From Thermoanaerobaculia bacterium (GTDB lineage Bacteria > Acidobacteriota > Thermoanaerobaculia > Multivoradales > Multivoraceae): a stretch of 64,000 nt of DNA. This document shows positions 10,316 through 20,107 of this stretch, one piece after another; the first letter of the stretch is position 1, and the number at the start of each line of letters is the position of its first letter. The stretch spans positions 1,920,001-1,984,000 of the forward strand of contig OY762911.1 in NCBI GenBank assembly GCA_963666565.1, written 5' to 3'. Under the pieces are notes generated by a model. It was not told the DNA's origin. It did not search any database and worked only from the letters and a program-made list of their open reading frames with translations. The translations under genes and the position numbers were made by a program.

Positions 10316-11341
10316 ATGAGTGAGACCGTTCGCTGGGGCATCCTCGGTCCGGGCACGATCGCCCGCAAGTTCGCGGCCGCCGTGGACGCTCTGGACGGCC
10401 ATGACGTGACGGCCACCGGCAGCCGCGACCCCGAACGCGCGCACGCCTTCAATGCCGAGCGCGGCTACGCCGCTGCCGAAGCCGGGACCTACGCTCAGCT
10501 CGCCTGCAGCGAAGCGGTCGACGCCGTGTACGTCGCCACGCCCCACTCCGGCCACCTCGAGCATGCGGCGCTGGCGCTCCGGCAGGGCAAGGCTGTCCTG
10601 TGCGAGAAGCCGCTCGCCGTCAACGCTTCGGAGGCTCGCGCGATGTGCGGCATCGCCCGACGGCACGGCGCCCCGCTCATGGAAGCCATGTGGAGCCGCT
10701 TCCTGCCGGCGACCCGCCAGGCGAACCGCTGGCTGGCCGGCGGCGTGATCGGTGAACCCCGTCGCCTCGCCTGCTCGTTCGGCTTCCACTCTCCGTTCGA
10801 CCCGAAGAGCCGGCTTTACGCCCCGGATCTCGCCGGCGGCAGTCTGCTCGACACCGGCTGCTACACGCTCTCGCTGGCCGCGCTCGTCTTCGGCGAGGCG
10901 CTGACCGGCGCCGAAGCCCCGGAGATGGAGGTCGAGGCCGAGCTGGCGCCGACCGGCGTCGACCGTCATTGCAGCGTGACGGTGCGGTTCTCGTCGGGAG
11001 CCGAAGCGCGCCTCGAGAGCTCGAAGAGCCGCGAGACCGACCACACAGCCGTGATCGTGGGCGCCGAGGGCCGCATCGAGATCCCCCGCTTCTGGCGCGC
11101 CGAGCGCGCGGTGCTGCATCGCGCCGGCGGGGGCGAGAGTGCCGAACACCCGTTCCTCGCCAACGGGTTCGAGTATCAACTGCTGGAGATGGGGCGTCTG
11201 TTGCGCGAAGGCGCGCTCGAGAGCGCCCTGCTGCCTCACGCCGAGTCGATCGCGCTGCTCGAACTGATGGACGAGATCCGCCGGCGGATGGGGGTGCGGT
11301 ACCCGTTCGAAAAGGCGATCGGCGTGACGGCGGGGGTGTAG
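10316..11341 (+). CDS. Gfo/Idh/MocA family oxidoreductase
   Basis: RWGILGPGTIA, VYVATPHSGH, VLCEKP, MEAMWSRFLP, GGSLLDTGCY. Confidence 0.92.
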   Translation: MSETVRWGILGPGTIARKFAAAVDALDGHDVTATGSRDPERAHAFNAERGYAAAEAGTYAQLACSEAVDAVYVATPHSGHLEHAALALRQGKAVLCEKPLAVNASEARAMCGIARRHGAPLMEAMWSRFLPATRQANRWLAGGVIGEPRRLACSFGFHSPFDPKSRLYAPDLAGGSLLDTGCYTLSLAALVFGEALTGAEAPEMEVEAELAPTGVDRHCSVTVRFSSGAEARLESSKSRETDHTAVIVGAEGRIEIPRFWRAERAVLHRAGGGESAEHPFLANGFEYQLLEMGRLLREGALESALLPHAESIALLELMDEIRRRMGVRYPFEKAIGVTAGV

Positions 11342-11348
11342 AGGCCCG

Positions 11349-12455
11349 CTACGCGCCTGGAGGAACGCCGCCACCGGCGGGCGAACCCGCTGGAAGGCTA
11401 TGACCGGATCCAGTACCTGTTCGAGACGCTTCCGGCCGGCCCGCATCCGGGTGCATGTAGCCGTAGCGCACCAGCTTCTCCGCGCTGACTCCGAAGGCGC
11501 GGCTCAGGTAGTCGTCCCGCAGGCCGAGCAACCGCTGCAGGCGCCGGCGCTCGTCGTCGGACGGTGCCCGGTGCCTGATCGGCTCGCGGAGGTGGACGTT
11601 GCCAACCCGCCGTCCCAGGCGCATCACCGGCGGATGGCGTTGCAGCCAGCGCCGGTAGCCGTCCAGGCCCCGCTCGTAGCGCTCGAAGGGCATCCGTCGC
11701 CGGAGGAAGTTCTTGACGACGTCCCGCAGGGTCAGCGTCGGGGAGCTCCGGCCAGCCCTTGCGCTCATGCCGACGTTGCGCGGCATGGAGGAGAACAGCC
11801 GCCAGAACTCGTCCGGTTCGGCCTCCAGGCAGGCGGCCACTCGCGACGACCAGGCGGCGGGGTCGTGCAGCAGATCCTCGTAGAGCAGCACCTCCACCCG
11901 GTCGAAGTAACGGCGCAGGAGGCGTGCGTAGGCGTCGTGGAAGTAGGCGGTCCACGGCGCCCGCGGGCCGTCCAGCCGCAGCAACTTCTCCAGGTACTTG
12001 TCCATCGTGTCGAGGACGGGGACATGCTGGAGCCGATGGACGTAGTCCTCCGCGTAGTTGGCGGCCACCAGATCGACCGGAGACCGCAGCGACACGAGCA
12101 CCGTGACCTCCACGTCGCGAAACAGCGCGCGGAGGTTGTGCAGAACGGCCCCGGCATCCGTCGGCGCGCCGTCGCCCATCGTCTCGGCGCTGATCCGCTC
12201 GTCGCTGAGCACGTTCAGACGGTCGCCGTCGAGGAGCGCGTCGACCTCCGGGCGCAGCGCGTCCAGTTCGCCGTCCGTCAGCCGGGCGCCGCGGATCCGG
12301 TGGTACACGTTGCGGAACGGAAGGTGCGTGGGGGCCCAGCACACGCCCAGGTAGTTGATGCACCCCGACCGCCACCAAGGCATCAGGACGTTAATCTGCA
12401 ACGATGTCGTCGCCGTCTTCGGCAGCCCCACATGCAGCAGCAGCCGGCAGGTCAT
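11349..12455 (-). CDS. Sulfotransferase-like protein (paralog 1)
   Basis: N-terminal PAPS-binding-type loop LHVGLPKTATTSLQ, LSDE, SLRSP, LLYEDL. Confidence 0.7.
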   Translation of the reverse strand: MTCRLLLHVGLPKTATTSLQINVLMPWWRSGCINYLGVCWAPTHLPFRNVYHRIRGARLTDGELDALRPEVDALLDGDRLNVLSDERISAETMGDGAPTDAGAVLHNLRALFRDVEVTVLVSLRSPVDLVAANYAEDYVHRLQHVPVLDTMDKYLEKLLRLDGPRAPWTAYFHDAYARLLRRYFDRVEVLLYEDLLHDPAAWSSRVAACLEAEPDEFWRLFSSMPRNVGMSARAGRSSPTLTLRDVVKNFLRRRMPFERYERGLDGYRRWLQRHPPVMRLGRRVGNVHLREPIRHRAPSDDERRRLQRLLGLRDDYLSRAFGVSAEKLVRYGYMHPDAGRPEASRTGTGSGHSLPAGSPAGGGVPPGA

Positions 12456-12457
12456 CC

Positions 12458-13579
12458 GTGGAGCCTAGCCCGGCGCCCCGACCGCCGCGTCCCCTGCACT
12501 GGGTCCTGCCGGCGAGAACGCCGTACTGGTCGTACTTTCTGGGCGCCCTGGCGGCGGACCCGGAAGTCGACCTGACGGTGCACTACGCCCAACTGTCGCT
12601 CCCGCTGTACCCGTGGCGCTCGGGTTGGGAAGACCGTTTCAAACGCCGCGCCTTCGCGAGTCCCCTCCTCGACCCGGCGATCCTCCGGCTGGCCGCCGAC
12701 CGGCGGCAGCGGCTGGTGGTCTGCGGCTGGCAGACCCCCGGCATGGCCGCGCTGCTGCTGGAGCTGGCGGCGCTCGGCCGCCCGTACCTGTTCTTCGCCG
12801 ACACGCCGGCGGCGCGCCCGCGCGCGCTGCCGAGGCGGGCGGCGCGGAACCTGATCGTGCGGACCGTGCTGCGCAGCGCGTCGATCGTGATGACCACCGG
12901 CGCGCCCGGCGTCGAGGCTCTGAAGGCGATGGGTTGCCCGGCCGGCAAGCTGGTCGACCTGCCGTACTTCTGCGATCCGGAGGCGTTCCGGCGGCCCGCC
13001 GGCCCGCCGGAAGACGGCGTGCTGCGCATCGCCTCCTGCGGCCGCCTGATCCCGGAGAAGTCGTACAACGTGGCGCTCGAGGCGGCGGCCGCGCTGAAGC
13101 GGGCCGCGCCGGACGTCCGTTTCCGCTACGACATCGCGGGCGCCGGTCCCCAGGGGCCGTCCCTGCGTTCGCTGGCCGGCCGGCTCGGCCTTGCCGGAGA
13201 CGTCCGCTTCCGCGGCTGGCTCGAGCCGGACGAGGTCCGCGGCCTCCTGGGGCGCTGCGACCTGTTCCTGCATCCGGCGTCGCGCGAGCCGTACGGCGTC
13301 GCCGTCCTCGAGGCGATGGCGGCCGGAACGACGGTGCTCGGATCGGCCGCGACCGGCGCGGTGCGCGACCGCATCGTTCACGGCGCCAACGGCCTCGTTC
13401 ATCCGGCCGGCGACGCGGAGCGTCTCGCGGCGCAGATGGTCGACCTGGCGAGGGGCCGGGAGCGGATCCGGCGGCTCGGCCGCGCGGCCGCCACGACCGC
13501 CAACGCCTGGCCCGCGTCCCGGGGCGTCGCCATCGTCAAGGAGGCCATGGCGCGGGCCTGGCCCGCTGGTCCGCCGTGA
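12458..13579 (+). CDS. Glycosyltransferase family 4
   Basis: CGRLIPEK, HPASREPYGVAVLEAMAAG. Confidence 0.85.
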   Translation: MEPSPAPRPPRPLHWVLPARTPYWSYFLGALAADPEVDLTVHYAQLSLPLYPWRSGWEDRFKRRAFASPLLDPAILRLAADRRQRLVVCGWQTPGMAALLLELAALGRPYLFFADTPAARPRALPRRAARNLIVRTVLRSASIVMTTGAPGVEALKAMGCPAGKLVDLPYFCDPEAFRRPAGPPEDGVLRIASCGRLIPEKSYNVALEAAAALKRAAPDVRFRYDIAGAGPQGPSLRSLAGRLGLAGDVRFRGWLEPDEVRGLLGRCDLFLHPASREPYGVAVLEAMAAGTTVLGSAATGAVRDRIVHGANGLVHPAGDAERLAAQMVDLARGRERIRRLGRAAATTANAWPASRGVAIVKEAMARAWPAGPP

Positions 13580-13743
13580 GGACGTACGTGGTCTTCTTCG
13601 CTCCGTCGCTGCAGGCCCGAGCGGGCGGCGCCGGCGACAGCCCGCGGTCTGCTGGCCGGACCGGACTCCCCGCTGCCGGCGCCACTACAGGGCTTTACGT
13701 TCCCGGCGAACGCCTTGTAGGGTTTCCCCGACGGACGAGATGA
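13576..13743 (+). pseudogene. Probable 5' remnant of a WabH-like GT4
   Basis: GTGA-coupled start reading MRTYVVFFAPSLQARAGGA, similar to MHLAFVIPSLGGGGGAE; similarity is lost just before the lower-GC insert. Confidence 0.4.
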
Positions 13744-13765
13744 TCTGGCGAAGGGAGGCAGGTCG

Positions 13766-14026
13766 TTGCAGAAGACACTACGCATCACGCAGGAGGATTC
13801 CCAGAGTCTTGATTCCCTGAAGGACATGTTCGGCGTGGACGAGGATCAGACGGCCATGCGTGCCGCGCTGGATCTCACCCGTGAGCTCGTCCGGAGGGCC
13901 GCCATCGGGGACAAGATCCTCATCCAGCGAGACAACGGGACGCCTCAGAAGCTCGAGCTTCACACCAGGAGCTTCAGCCGCAGGGAACTCAGGGCCTTGG
14001 AGAATCGGGTTGAGCAGCAGTCGTAA
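13766..14026 (+). CDS. Small ribbon-helix-helix-like protein
   Basis: 86 aa, SD AAGGGAGG before TTG; beta-strand KTLRIT followed by two amphipathic helices; lower GC than flanks. Confidence 0.5.
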   Translation: MQKTLRITQEDSQSLDSLKDMFGVDEDQTAMRAALDLTRELVRRAAIGDKILIQRDNGTPQKLELHTRSFSRRELRALENRVEQQS

Positions 14027-14318
14027 CGAGGGCCCCGACGGGGACCAAGCCCTCTGGAAGATCGTCGACCGCTTGGCCTCCGCAGCCGAAAGCGACGCCA
14101 AGCGCCAACATCCGGCTTTTCTCGAGGACAGCTTCGTCTATCGGACAGCCTTGGTCACTCTCGCGGTAGTGGCCATCGGCTGTATCGTCTTCAGCGCCTT
14201 CGTGTGGCTCAATCCCGAGGACTCGGAGAGTTGCAGAGAGGTGCCGCCGTTCGCGACCGGCTTTGCGGGGGCCCGTATCGGCGCATTCACGGGTTTGTTC
14301 TACGTCGGGCGCAGCTAG
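14010..14318 (+). CDS. Small membrane protein (about 2 TM)
   Basis: TTG 14010 overlaps the previous gene; hydrophobic TALVTLAVVAIGCIVFSAFVWL and GARIGAFTGLFYV. Confidence 0.5.
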   Translation: MSSSRNEGPDGDQALWKIVDRLASAAESDAKRQHPAFLEDSFVYRTALVTLAVVAIGCIVFSAFVWLNPEDSESCREVPPFATGFAGARIGAFTGLFYVGRS

Positions 14319-14490
14319 GAGCCTGCGCCACAGAACGCCGCGAAGCAAGTCTGGCGCGCAGGCGCCGCGTGCGGACGGGATGGGCCGAAGCACCGAGCCT
14401 GCGAGTGGTTTCGGGGCGCCAGGAAACAGTAGTCCGCCGGGACCGCCGGCCGGCGACGATGCGGAGACGGTCTCCGACCGGCGCATCTTT

Positions 14491-14532
14491 CGGCCGCCTT
14501 CGGCGGCAGCGGGTCAGAGGACCCGCGCACCC
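14491..14532 (-). repeat. REP-like palindrome, arm A type
   Basis: CGGCCGCCTTCGGCGGCA-GCGGGTCAGAGGACCCGCGCACCC (reverse copy). Confidence 0.85.
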
Positions 14533-14560
14533 GGCGGACCGGCTCTTGGCGCTGTTCTCG

Positions 14561-16231
14561 CTAGCGGGACAGGTGCTCGTAGGTGCCGAGGTTGAACCGC
14601 AGGATCGTCTCGAGACGTTCGGTCGACCACAGGTCGGAAGACTGCGTGACGAGGGCGAGCCGCTCGTGGAGCTCGTTCAGTTCCGGGGGCTCGATCGGGT
14701 GGCTGCGGCTCAACGCATCGAGTCTCTCCGTCGTCACGTCGGTGTTCGCCAGGAAGTCGGCGACCGCGGCTTCCACGCGGTCGAGGTAGCCCGCGGGCAG
14801 GTCGCGCCGGAAGTGGCCGATGAACCAGTTGTCGCGGTCCGCCGGAAGCCGGGCCAGCAGGGGGTCCGCGAGCGCGTTCCAGTCCACGATCGCCTTTTCG
14901 GTTCCCGCCATGTAGCCGCTCATTCCGATGGGCCCGAAGGGACGCGCCAAGTCCGGGCTGTCGCGGAAGTCGAGGCCGGATCGGGCGAACGGATGGTTCG
15001 GCCGAACGCCGTCCGCCGCGGGCCGCAAGTAACGGTTCAGGAGGTTGAGTTCCGCGTAGAAGTCGCGTTCGCGGTTCACGCGGAACAACGCCTGCGTATG
15101 TTCGACGCGGGGCCGCCAGCAGTTGACCGGCGTATGCGGGTACAGGACGGCGAAGGTCAGGGCGGCCGCACTGGCGAGAGCGGTGGCGTCGGCGACGGTC
15201 CGCGGCGAAGCGCCGGGTCGAAGTCGAGCGAGGCAGCGGGGAAGAACGACTGGAAGCCGCAGTACGCAAAGGCCCACGCCGGCCAGCGCCGAGTACGAGA
15301 GGAACCGGCCCAGCATGAAGTCGCCGCCGATCCAGACGACGTACCCGAGGTTGAGGACCATGCCCAGTCCGAGGAAGCGCCAGACGGAACCGCGCGGGCT
15401 CATTTGGCTGAGCGCCAACCCGGCCGCAATGACCGCCAGGGTCATCGGATCTCGCCGCAGCGCGGCTTCCAGGTAGCGGAAGCCCTGAGCGACGAGGACG
15501 GTGGCGTCGATCCCGGTGTTCAGCTTCGCGTAGGCCGTGTTGGGCAAGGGGAAGCCGTAGTAGAAGAGCGAGAACAGAGTCCAGACGCCCAAGGGCGTCA
15601 GGGCCGTCAGCCCGAGCGAGATCCGCTTGCGCACCGACAGGAGGTGGCGGCGGCCGGCAAGGACGAAAGCCGCGGGCGGCAGGATCAGGAGAACGAGGTC
15701 GTGCCGCGTAACGAGAATCAGCCCGAACGCGAGACAGAGTCCGAAGACGGCGCGGACCGCCGCGTCGGGACGCAGGTCTTCACGGGCGAGCCGGGCGAGC
15801 AGGAGCAGGAACCAGGAGATCAGCGCGTAGGCGAGAACGTTCTCCAGGCCGGAGGTCGTGTAGTCGAAGATCGCGGTGGACGCGACGCACAGCAGAACGC
15901 CCAGGACGAAGGCCTCGCGGCTCGGGGCGAGCCGCTGGAGATTGCGGACGGTGAGAAGCCAGAGCCCGAACGAAACGACGATGACGTTGAGGTAGACGTC
16001 GGCGGAGACGATCCGGGGGACGAGGAGCAAGCCGAACCACAACGGGCTTGTGAAGGCCTGGACCCGCTCGTGCGGATTCCAGACGGGACCGTTGCCCGCG
16101 AAGACCTGTTCGAGGCTCCTGAACACGATCCAGGCATCGTCCGCCACCCAGGCGTTCTTGAGAAACACGAAGACGGCCAATGCCCAGGCGGCGCCCGCGA
16201 GGACGACCGGGAGCCGCGGGCCGCATCTCAC
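14561..16231 (-). CDS. AftB-like GT-C membrane glycosyltransferase
   Basis: WVADDAWIVFRS...GNGPVWNPHERVQAFTSPLW, TSGLEN, TRHD, YYGFPLPNTAYAK, GGDFMLGRF; many TMs; start approximate. Confidence 0.72.
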   Translation of the reverse strand: MRCGPRLPVVLAGAAWALAVFVFLKNAWVADDAWIVFRSLEQVFAGNGPVWNPHERVQAFTSPLWFGLLLVPRIVSADVYLNVIVVSFGLWLLTVRNLQRLAPSREAFVLGVLLCVASTAIFDYTTSGLENVLAYALISWFLLLLARLAREDLRPDAAVRAVFGLCLAFGLILVTRHDLVLLILPPAAFVLAGRRHLLSVRKRISLGLTALTPLGVWTLFSLFYYGFPLPNTAYAKLNTGIDATVLVAQGFRYLEAALRRDPMTLAVIAAGLALSQMSPRGSVWRFLGLGMVLNLGYVVWIGGDFMLGRFLSYSALAGVGLCVLRLPVVLPRCLARLRPGASPRTVADATALASAAALTFAVLYPHTPVNCWRPRVEHTQALFRVNRERDFYAELNLLNRYLRPAADGVRPNHPFARSGLDFRDSPDLARPFGPIGMSGYMAGTEKAIVDWNALADPLLARLPADRDNWFIGHFRRDLPAGYLDRVEAAVADFLANTDVTTERLDALSRSHPIEPPELNELHERLALVTQSSDLWSTERLETILRFNLGTYEHLSR

Positions 16232-16340
16232 GTCGACTTGTCCGGGCCACCGCAAACTGGAGCGACTATAGTCGCGCCGGCGACAGGCGAACGACGGCCC
16301 GGGCGCGTCGCGCCTACCACACGGTCCTCTCGCACGGGCG

Positions 16341-17633
16341 ATGAAGATGCACTTGGCCTTCGTGATTCCGTCGCTCGGAGGGGGCGGCGGTGCCGAGCGC
16401 GCCCTGCTGGCGGTTGCCCGGGGCCTGGTCGCCCGGGGCCACGCTGTCGACGTCCTGCTGTTCGACCGCGCCGCCAGCAACCCCGAGGAGATTCCCGCCG
16501 CTGCCCGGCTGTTCCTGGCGGGTTCGGCGGCCGGGGGCGCCGGCGCGAGCGGCGAGGGTCGCCTTCGGCGAATCGACGGCGCCCGATCATCGACGCCGCT
16601 GTCGGCCCACAAGCGCGGAAGGCTGGCGCGGTTGCTGGCCCGGGGCGGCTCGCGCCTCGCGCTGAACAAGATCCTGGACCTGCTGCTCCGGGATCCGGCC
16701 GTCTACTCCCGCGTCGGCCCGATCGCCGACTACGCGAGGCGGGAACGCCCGGATTGCCTGTTGCCCGTGCTGCCGAGGGCACACCTCGCCACGCTGGCGG
16801 CGAGCGCCCGGAGAGCCTCCGGGAACACGCCGTTTCCGCCCGTCGTTCCGTGCCTGCAACTGCCGCTGACGGTCGAACGGCGGACCCGTCGCCGCCTTCA
16901 CCGCAGGCTGCTCCCGCTGGCGGCCCACACGGTGACCGTCTCGGACGGCTTGGCCGAGGAACTCGCTTCGCAGGCGGGCGTTCCGCGAGACCGCGTCACG
17001 ACGATCCACAATCCGCTCGTCCGCCCGCCGCTGGACGAGCACCGGCGGCCGCCCGTTCACCCGTGGCTGGGCGCCGCCGAACCAGCCGGGCCCCCGGTCG
17101 TGCTGGCGGCCGGCCGTTTGGAGCCCCAGAAGAACTTCCCGCTGCTGATCCGGGCGTTCCGCCGGGTGCGCTCGCGGCGTCCCGTCCGGCTCGTCGTTCT
17201 CGGCGCCGGGTCGGAGCGCGCCCGCCTGGAGCGGCTCGTCGAGCGCCTCAGCCTGCAAGACGCCGTCTCGCTGCCGGGATGGACGGCCGACCCGCAGGCC
17301 TGCATGGCCCGCGCCGCGCTGTTCGTCATGTCGTCGCGCTGGGAGGGCCTGCCGCTCGTGCTGATCGAGGCTCTGGCGGCCGGGTGCCCGGTCGTCAGCA
17401 CCGACTGTCCGCACGGTCCTGCCGAAATCCTCGACGGCGGCGCCTTCGGCCGGCTGGTCCCTCCGGGGGACGAGGCCGCGCTCGCCGAAGCGATGGAACG
17501 GACCCTCGACGATCCGCCCGCGCCGGACCTGCTGCGGAAGCGCGCGGCGTTCTTCTCGGCCGACCGAACCGTCGACGCCTGGGAACGCCTCCTCACCGCC
17601 GTCTGCCTTCCACCGCGCGCGCGGGTCCTCTGA
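16341..17633 (+). CDS. Glycosyltransferase family 4 (WabH-like, paralog 1)
   Basis: PSLGGGGGAER, AAGRLEPQKNF, SSRWEGLPLVLIEALAAGCPVVSTDCPHGPAEIL. Confidence 0.92.
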   Translation: MKMHLAFVIPSLGGGGGAERALLAVARGLVARGHAVDVLLFDRAASNPEEIPAAARLFLAGSAAGGAGASGEGRLRRIDGARSSTPLSAHKRGRLARLLARGGSRLALNKILDLLLRDPAVYSRVGPIADYARRERPDCLLPVLPRAHLATLAASARRASGNTPFPPVVPCLQLPLTVERRTRRRLHRRLLPLAAHTVTVSDGLAEELASQAGVPRDRVTTIHNPLVRPPLDEHRRPPVHPWLGAAEPAGPPVVLAAGRLEPQKNFPLLIRAFRRVRSRRPVRLVVLGAGSERARLERLVERLSLQDAVSLPGWTADPQACMARAALFVMSSRWEGLPLVLIEALAAGCPVVSTDCPHGPAEILDGGAFGRLVPPGDEAALAEAMERTLDDPPAPDLLRKRAAFFSADRTVDAWERLLTAVCLPPRARVL

Positions 17634-17696
17634 CCCGCCCGGGTGCGCGGGTCTTCCGACCCGCTTGCCGCCAAAGGCGGCCAGAGAAACGCGCCG
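17617..17696 (+). repeat. Two tandem REP-like palindromes; the first supplies the GT4 stop codon
   Basis: GCGCGGGTCCTCTGACCCGC (TGA 17631-17633), then GGGTGCGCGGGTCTTCCGACCCGC-TTGCCGCCAAAGGCGGCCAG. Confidence 0.85.
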
Positions 17697-17711
17697 GCCG
17701 AAGGCGACAGG

Positions 17712-18917
17712 TCAGCGCGGTCGCACATCGCGGGGTGCGCCGGCGGCGCCGAACAGCTCCGGGTGGGCAGCTGCGAAGGCCTCGGCGGCGACCTCGTGGC
17801 CCACCGGCGTGAAGTGGCCGTCGAGCTCGAAGAACAGCCGCTCGCCCTCCTCGGCGGCCACACGGAACGGCGACTGCAGGTCGACGTAGCGGACGCCGTT
17901 CGCCGCGGCCCAGGCGGCCACGTTGTCGGCGAAGGTGGTCCCGGTGCGAAGGTCCGAAACGCGCAGAGCCGGGTCGCGGAACTCCCAACTGCTCGGCACG
18001 GCGGACAGCGTGAACTCGACGCCGGCCGCCCGGGCGTGCTCCGCCAGTGCGCGCAGATAGCGGCCGGTCAGCGGCGTCAGCGCCGGGTTCTGCTCCCGCC
18101 AGCGGCGGGCGGGACGGTCCGGCTCCAGCAGGTGGCCCCTTCTCCACGGCGCCGTCGCGACCGCCGCCCGGCCGCGCCAGCGGCGGTACAGCTTGTACAG
18201 GCGGCCTCGATCCTGGAACTCGGGCCGGGCGACGGAGCTCCGCCAGTACATCCGGTCGAGGTCGTCGGCTCCGCCGTTCTCGCGGTGCAGCGCGTTCTTC
18301 GTGTAGCGCCGGTCGTCGAATACGTCGTTGGGGCAGATGAGCAGCAGCAGGTGGGTCGGTTCTTCGTACGCGACCTGCCGCCGCCAGCGCACCAGGGAGA
18401 GCAACGGGCTGTAACTGGAGTTCCCGCGGTTGAGGACCTCCGTGCGCCCGGCGGAGCGGGCCTCGAGCCGCGCCACGAAGGTGTCCTCCCAGGGCACCTG
18501 GATCGCCTCGACGAACGAATCGCCCATGACGGCCATGCGGAAACGTTCGCCGGCCGGCCGGGGCCGACCGGTCCCCGGCGGAGGGGCTGGCCGGCCCGCT
18601 TCGCCGCTGGCCGCGGCCCCGTCTGGTTCGTCGCCAGCGGCGGGCCCGCTCGCTTCTCCGGCGGGCGGCGGGGCCTCGCGCCAGCCGGCGGCGTCGATGT
18701 ACACGGGGTGAGGCCCGAACTCGCCGTACTGCTCCGTCGTCCAGACGCCCGGCTGGCGCGTGTGGTGGAACGTCTCCGACTGGATGTCCGGCGGCCGGTC
18801 GAGTCCGGGCAGGAGTGGGTCGAGCAGCACGAGCAGGAGCAGGGCCACGCCCAGGCTGGCGGTGAGCAGGCCGAGGCGCGCCGCCCAGACGAGGGAGCGT
18901 CGCGGGGCGGACCCCAT
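17712..18917 (-). CDS. Membrane-anchored SGNH hydrolase/transferase (AlgX/AlgJ/DltD-like; paralog 1)
   Basis: N-terminal TM; GDSF, NRGNSSYSP, PNDVFDD, DGHFTPVGH; ATG 18917 overlaps upstream TGA. Confidence 0.8.
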   Translation of the reverse strand: MGSAPRRSLVWAARLGLLTASLGVALLLLVLLDPLLPGLDRPPDIQSETFHHTRQPGVWTTEQYGEFGPHPVYIDAAGWREAPPPAGEASGPAAGDEPDGAAASGEAGRPAPPPGTGRPRPAGERFRMAVMGDSFVEAIQVPWEDTFVARLEARSAGRTEVLNRGNSSYSPLLSLVRWRRQVAYEEPTHLLLLICPNDVFDDRRYTKNALHRENGGADDLDRMYWRSSVARPEFQDRGRLYKLYRRWRGRAAVATAPWRRGHLLEPDRPARRWREQNPALTPLTGRYLRALAEHARAAGVEFTLSAVPSSWEFRDPALRVSDLRTGTTFADNVAAWAAANGVRYVDLQSPFRVAAEEGERLFFELDGHFTPVGHEVAAEAFAAAHPELFGAAGAPRDVRPR

Positions 18918-20107
18918 CAGCGCGGTCCTTCGCCGCCGGGCTCGCCGCCGGCGCCGAACAGTTCCGGGTGGGCGGCGGCGAAGGCGTTGGCGGCGACGGC
19001 GTGGCCAGCCGGCGAGAAGTGAGGGTCCTGCCTGAAGTAGAGCGGCTGCCCCCGCCCGGCGGCCTCGCGGAAGGCCGCCTGCAGGTCGACGTAGCGGACC
19101 CCGTTCGCCGCGGCCCACGCGGCCACGTGGTCGGCGAACGTGATCGCAGCGCGAAGTTCCGCCTCCGGCACCTGGCCGGTGAACTCCCACTTGTTCGGCA
19201 CCGCCGACAGCGTGAACTCGACGCCGGTCTCCCGCGCGCGTTCCATCAATTCGCGCACGTAGCGTACGGTCAGGGGGGTCAGCTCCCGGTTGCGGCCGCG
19301 CCAGTGATGGACGGGCCGCCGCCAGCGCTGCGCCAGTGCATCCAGGTCCGGCGGGGCGTCCCTCAGCGACGCCGCGACGATCGACGCCCGGCCGTGCCAG
19401 CGGCGGTACAACGTGCGAAGACGGCTTTCCCGGTGCCGCGGCGGCCGGGCGGCCAGCGCGAGCAGCCCTCGGGACGACTGGGTTGGAGACCGCAGATTCC
19501 AGTAAAGCCGGGCAACGTCGTCTTCTCCATCTTCGCCGCCCTCGCGGCGCAGGGCGCTGTCCGTGTACTTCCGATCGTCGAGCACGTCGTTGGCGCAGAG
19601 CAGGAGCAGCAGGTGGGTGGGCCGCTCGTTCGCGACCTGCCGACGCCACCGCAACAGGGAGATCAACGGGCCGTAGCCGGAACTCCCCCGGTTGAGGACC
19701 TCCGCTCGCCCGGCGGAGCGCGCCTGCAGCCGCGCCACGAACGTGTCCTCCCAGGCCACCTCGACCGCCTCGACGAACGAATCGCCCATGACCGCCATGC
19801 GGTAGCGCACATCGGCGGGCCGGGACGCCTCGCCGGCGGCGGACGGCGGGGAATCGCGCCAGCCGTCCGCGTCGATGTACACGCGGTTGGGTCCCCACTC
19901 CCACTGCTGCGCCATCCAGACGCCGGGGACGCGGACGTGGTGGAACTCCTCCGAGGGCACGGCGGGCACCCAGTCGATGCCGGGCAGGAACGGGTCGATC
20001 AGGACCAGCAGGACGAGGGCTGCGCACAGGCCGGCGCAGAGCAGGCCGCCGCGCGCCGCCCATAAGAGAAAGCGTCGCCGCGACGGCGCGGCGGTCACGG
20101 TGTTCAC
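18917..20107 (-). CDS. Membrane-anchored SGNH protein (paralog 2)
   Basis: N-terminal TM; GDSF, NRGSSGYGP, ANDVLDD, DPHFSPAGH. Confidence 0.8.
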   Translation of the reverse strand: MNTVTAAPSRRRFLLWAARGGLLCAGLCAALVLLVLIDPFLPGIDWVPAVPSEEFHHVRVPGVWMAQQWEWGPNRVYIDADGWRDSPPSAAGEASRPADVRYRMAVMGDSFVEAVEVAWEDTFVARLQARSAGRAEVLNRGSSGYGPLISLLRWRRQVANERPTHLLLLLCANDVLDDRKYTDSALRREGGEDGEDDVARLYWNLRSPTQSSRGLLALAARPPRHRESRLRTLYRRWHGRASIVAASLRDAPPDLDALAQRWRRPVHHWRGRNRELTPLTVRYVRELMERARETGVEFTLSAVPNKWEFTGQVPEAELRAAITFADHVAAWAAANGVRYVDLQAAFREAAGRGQPLYFRQDPHFSPAGHAVAANAFAAAHPELFGAGGEPGGEGPR

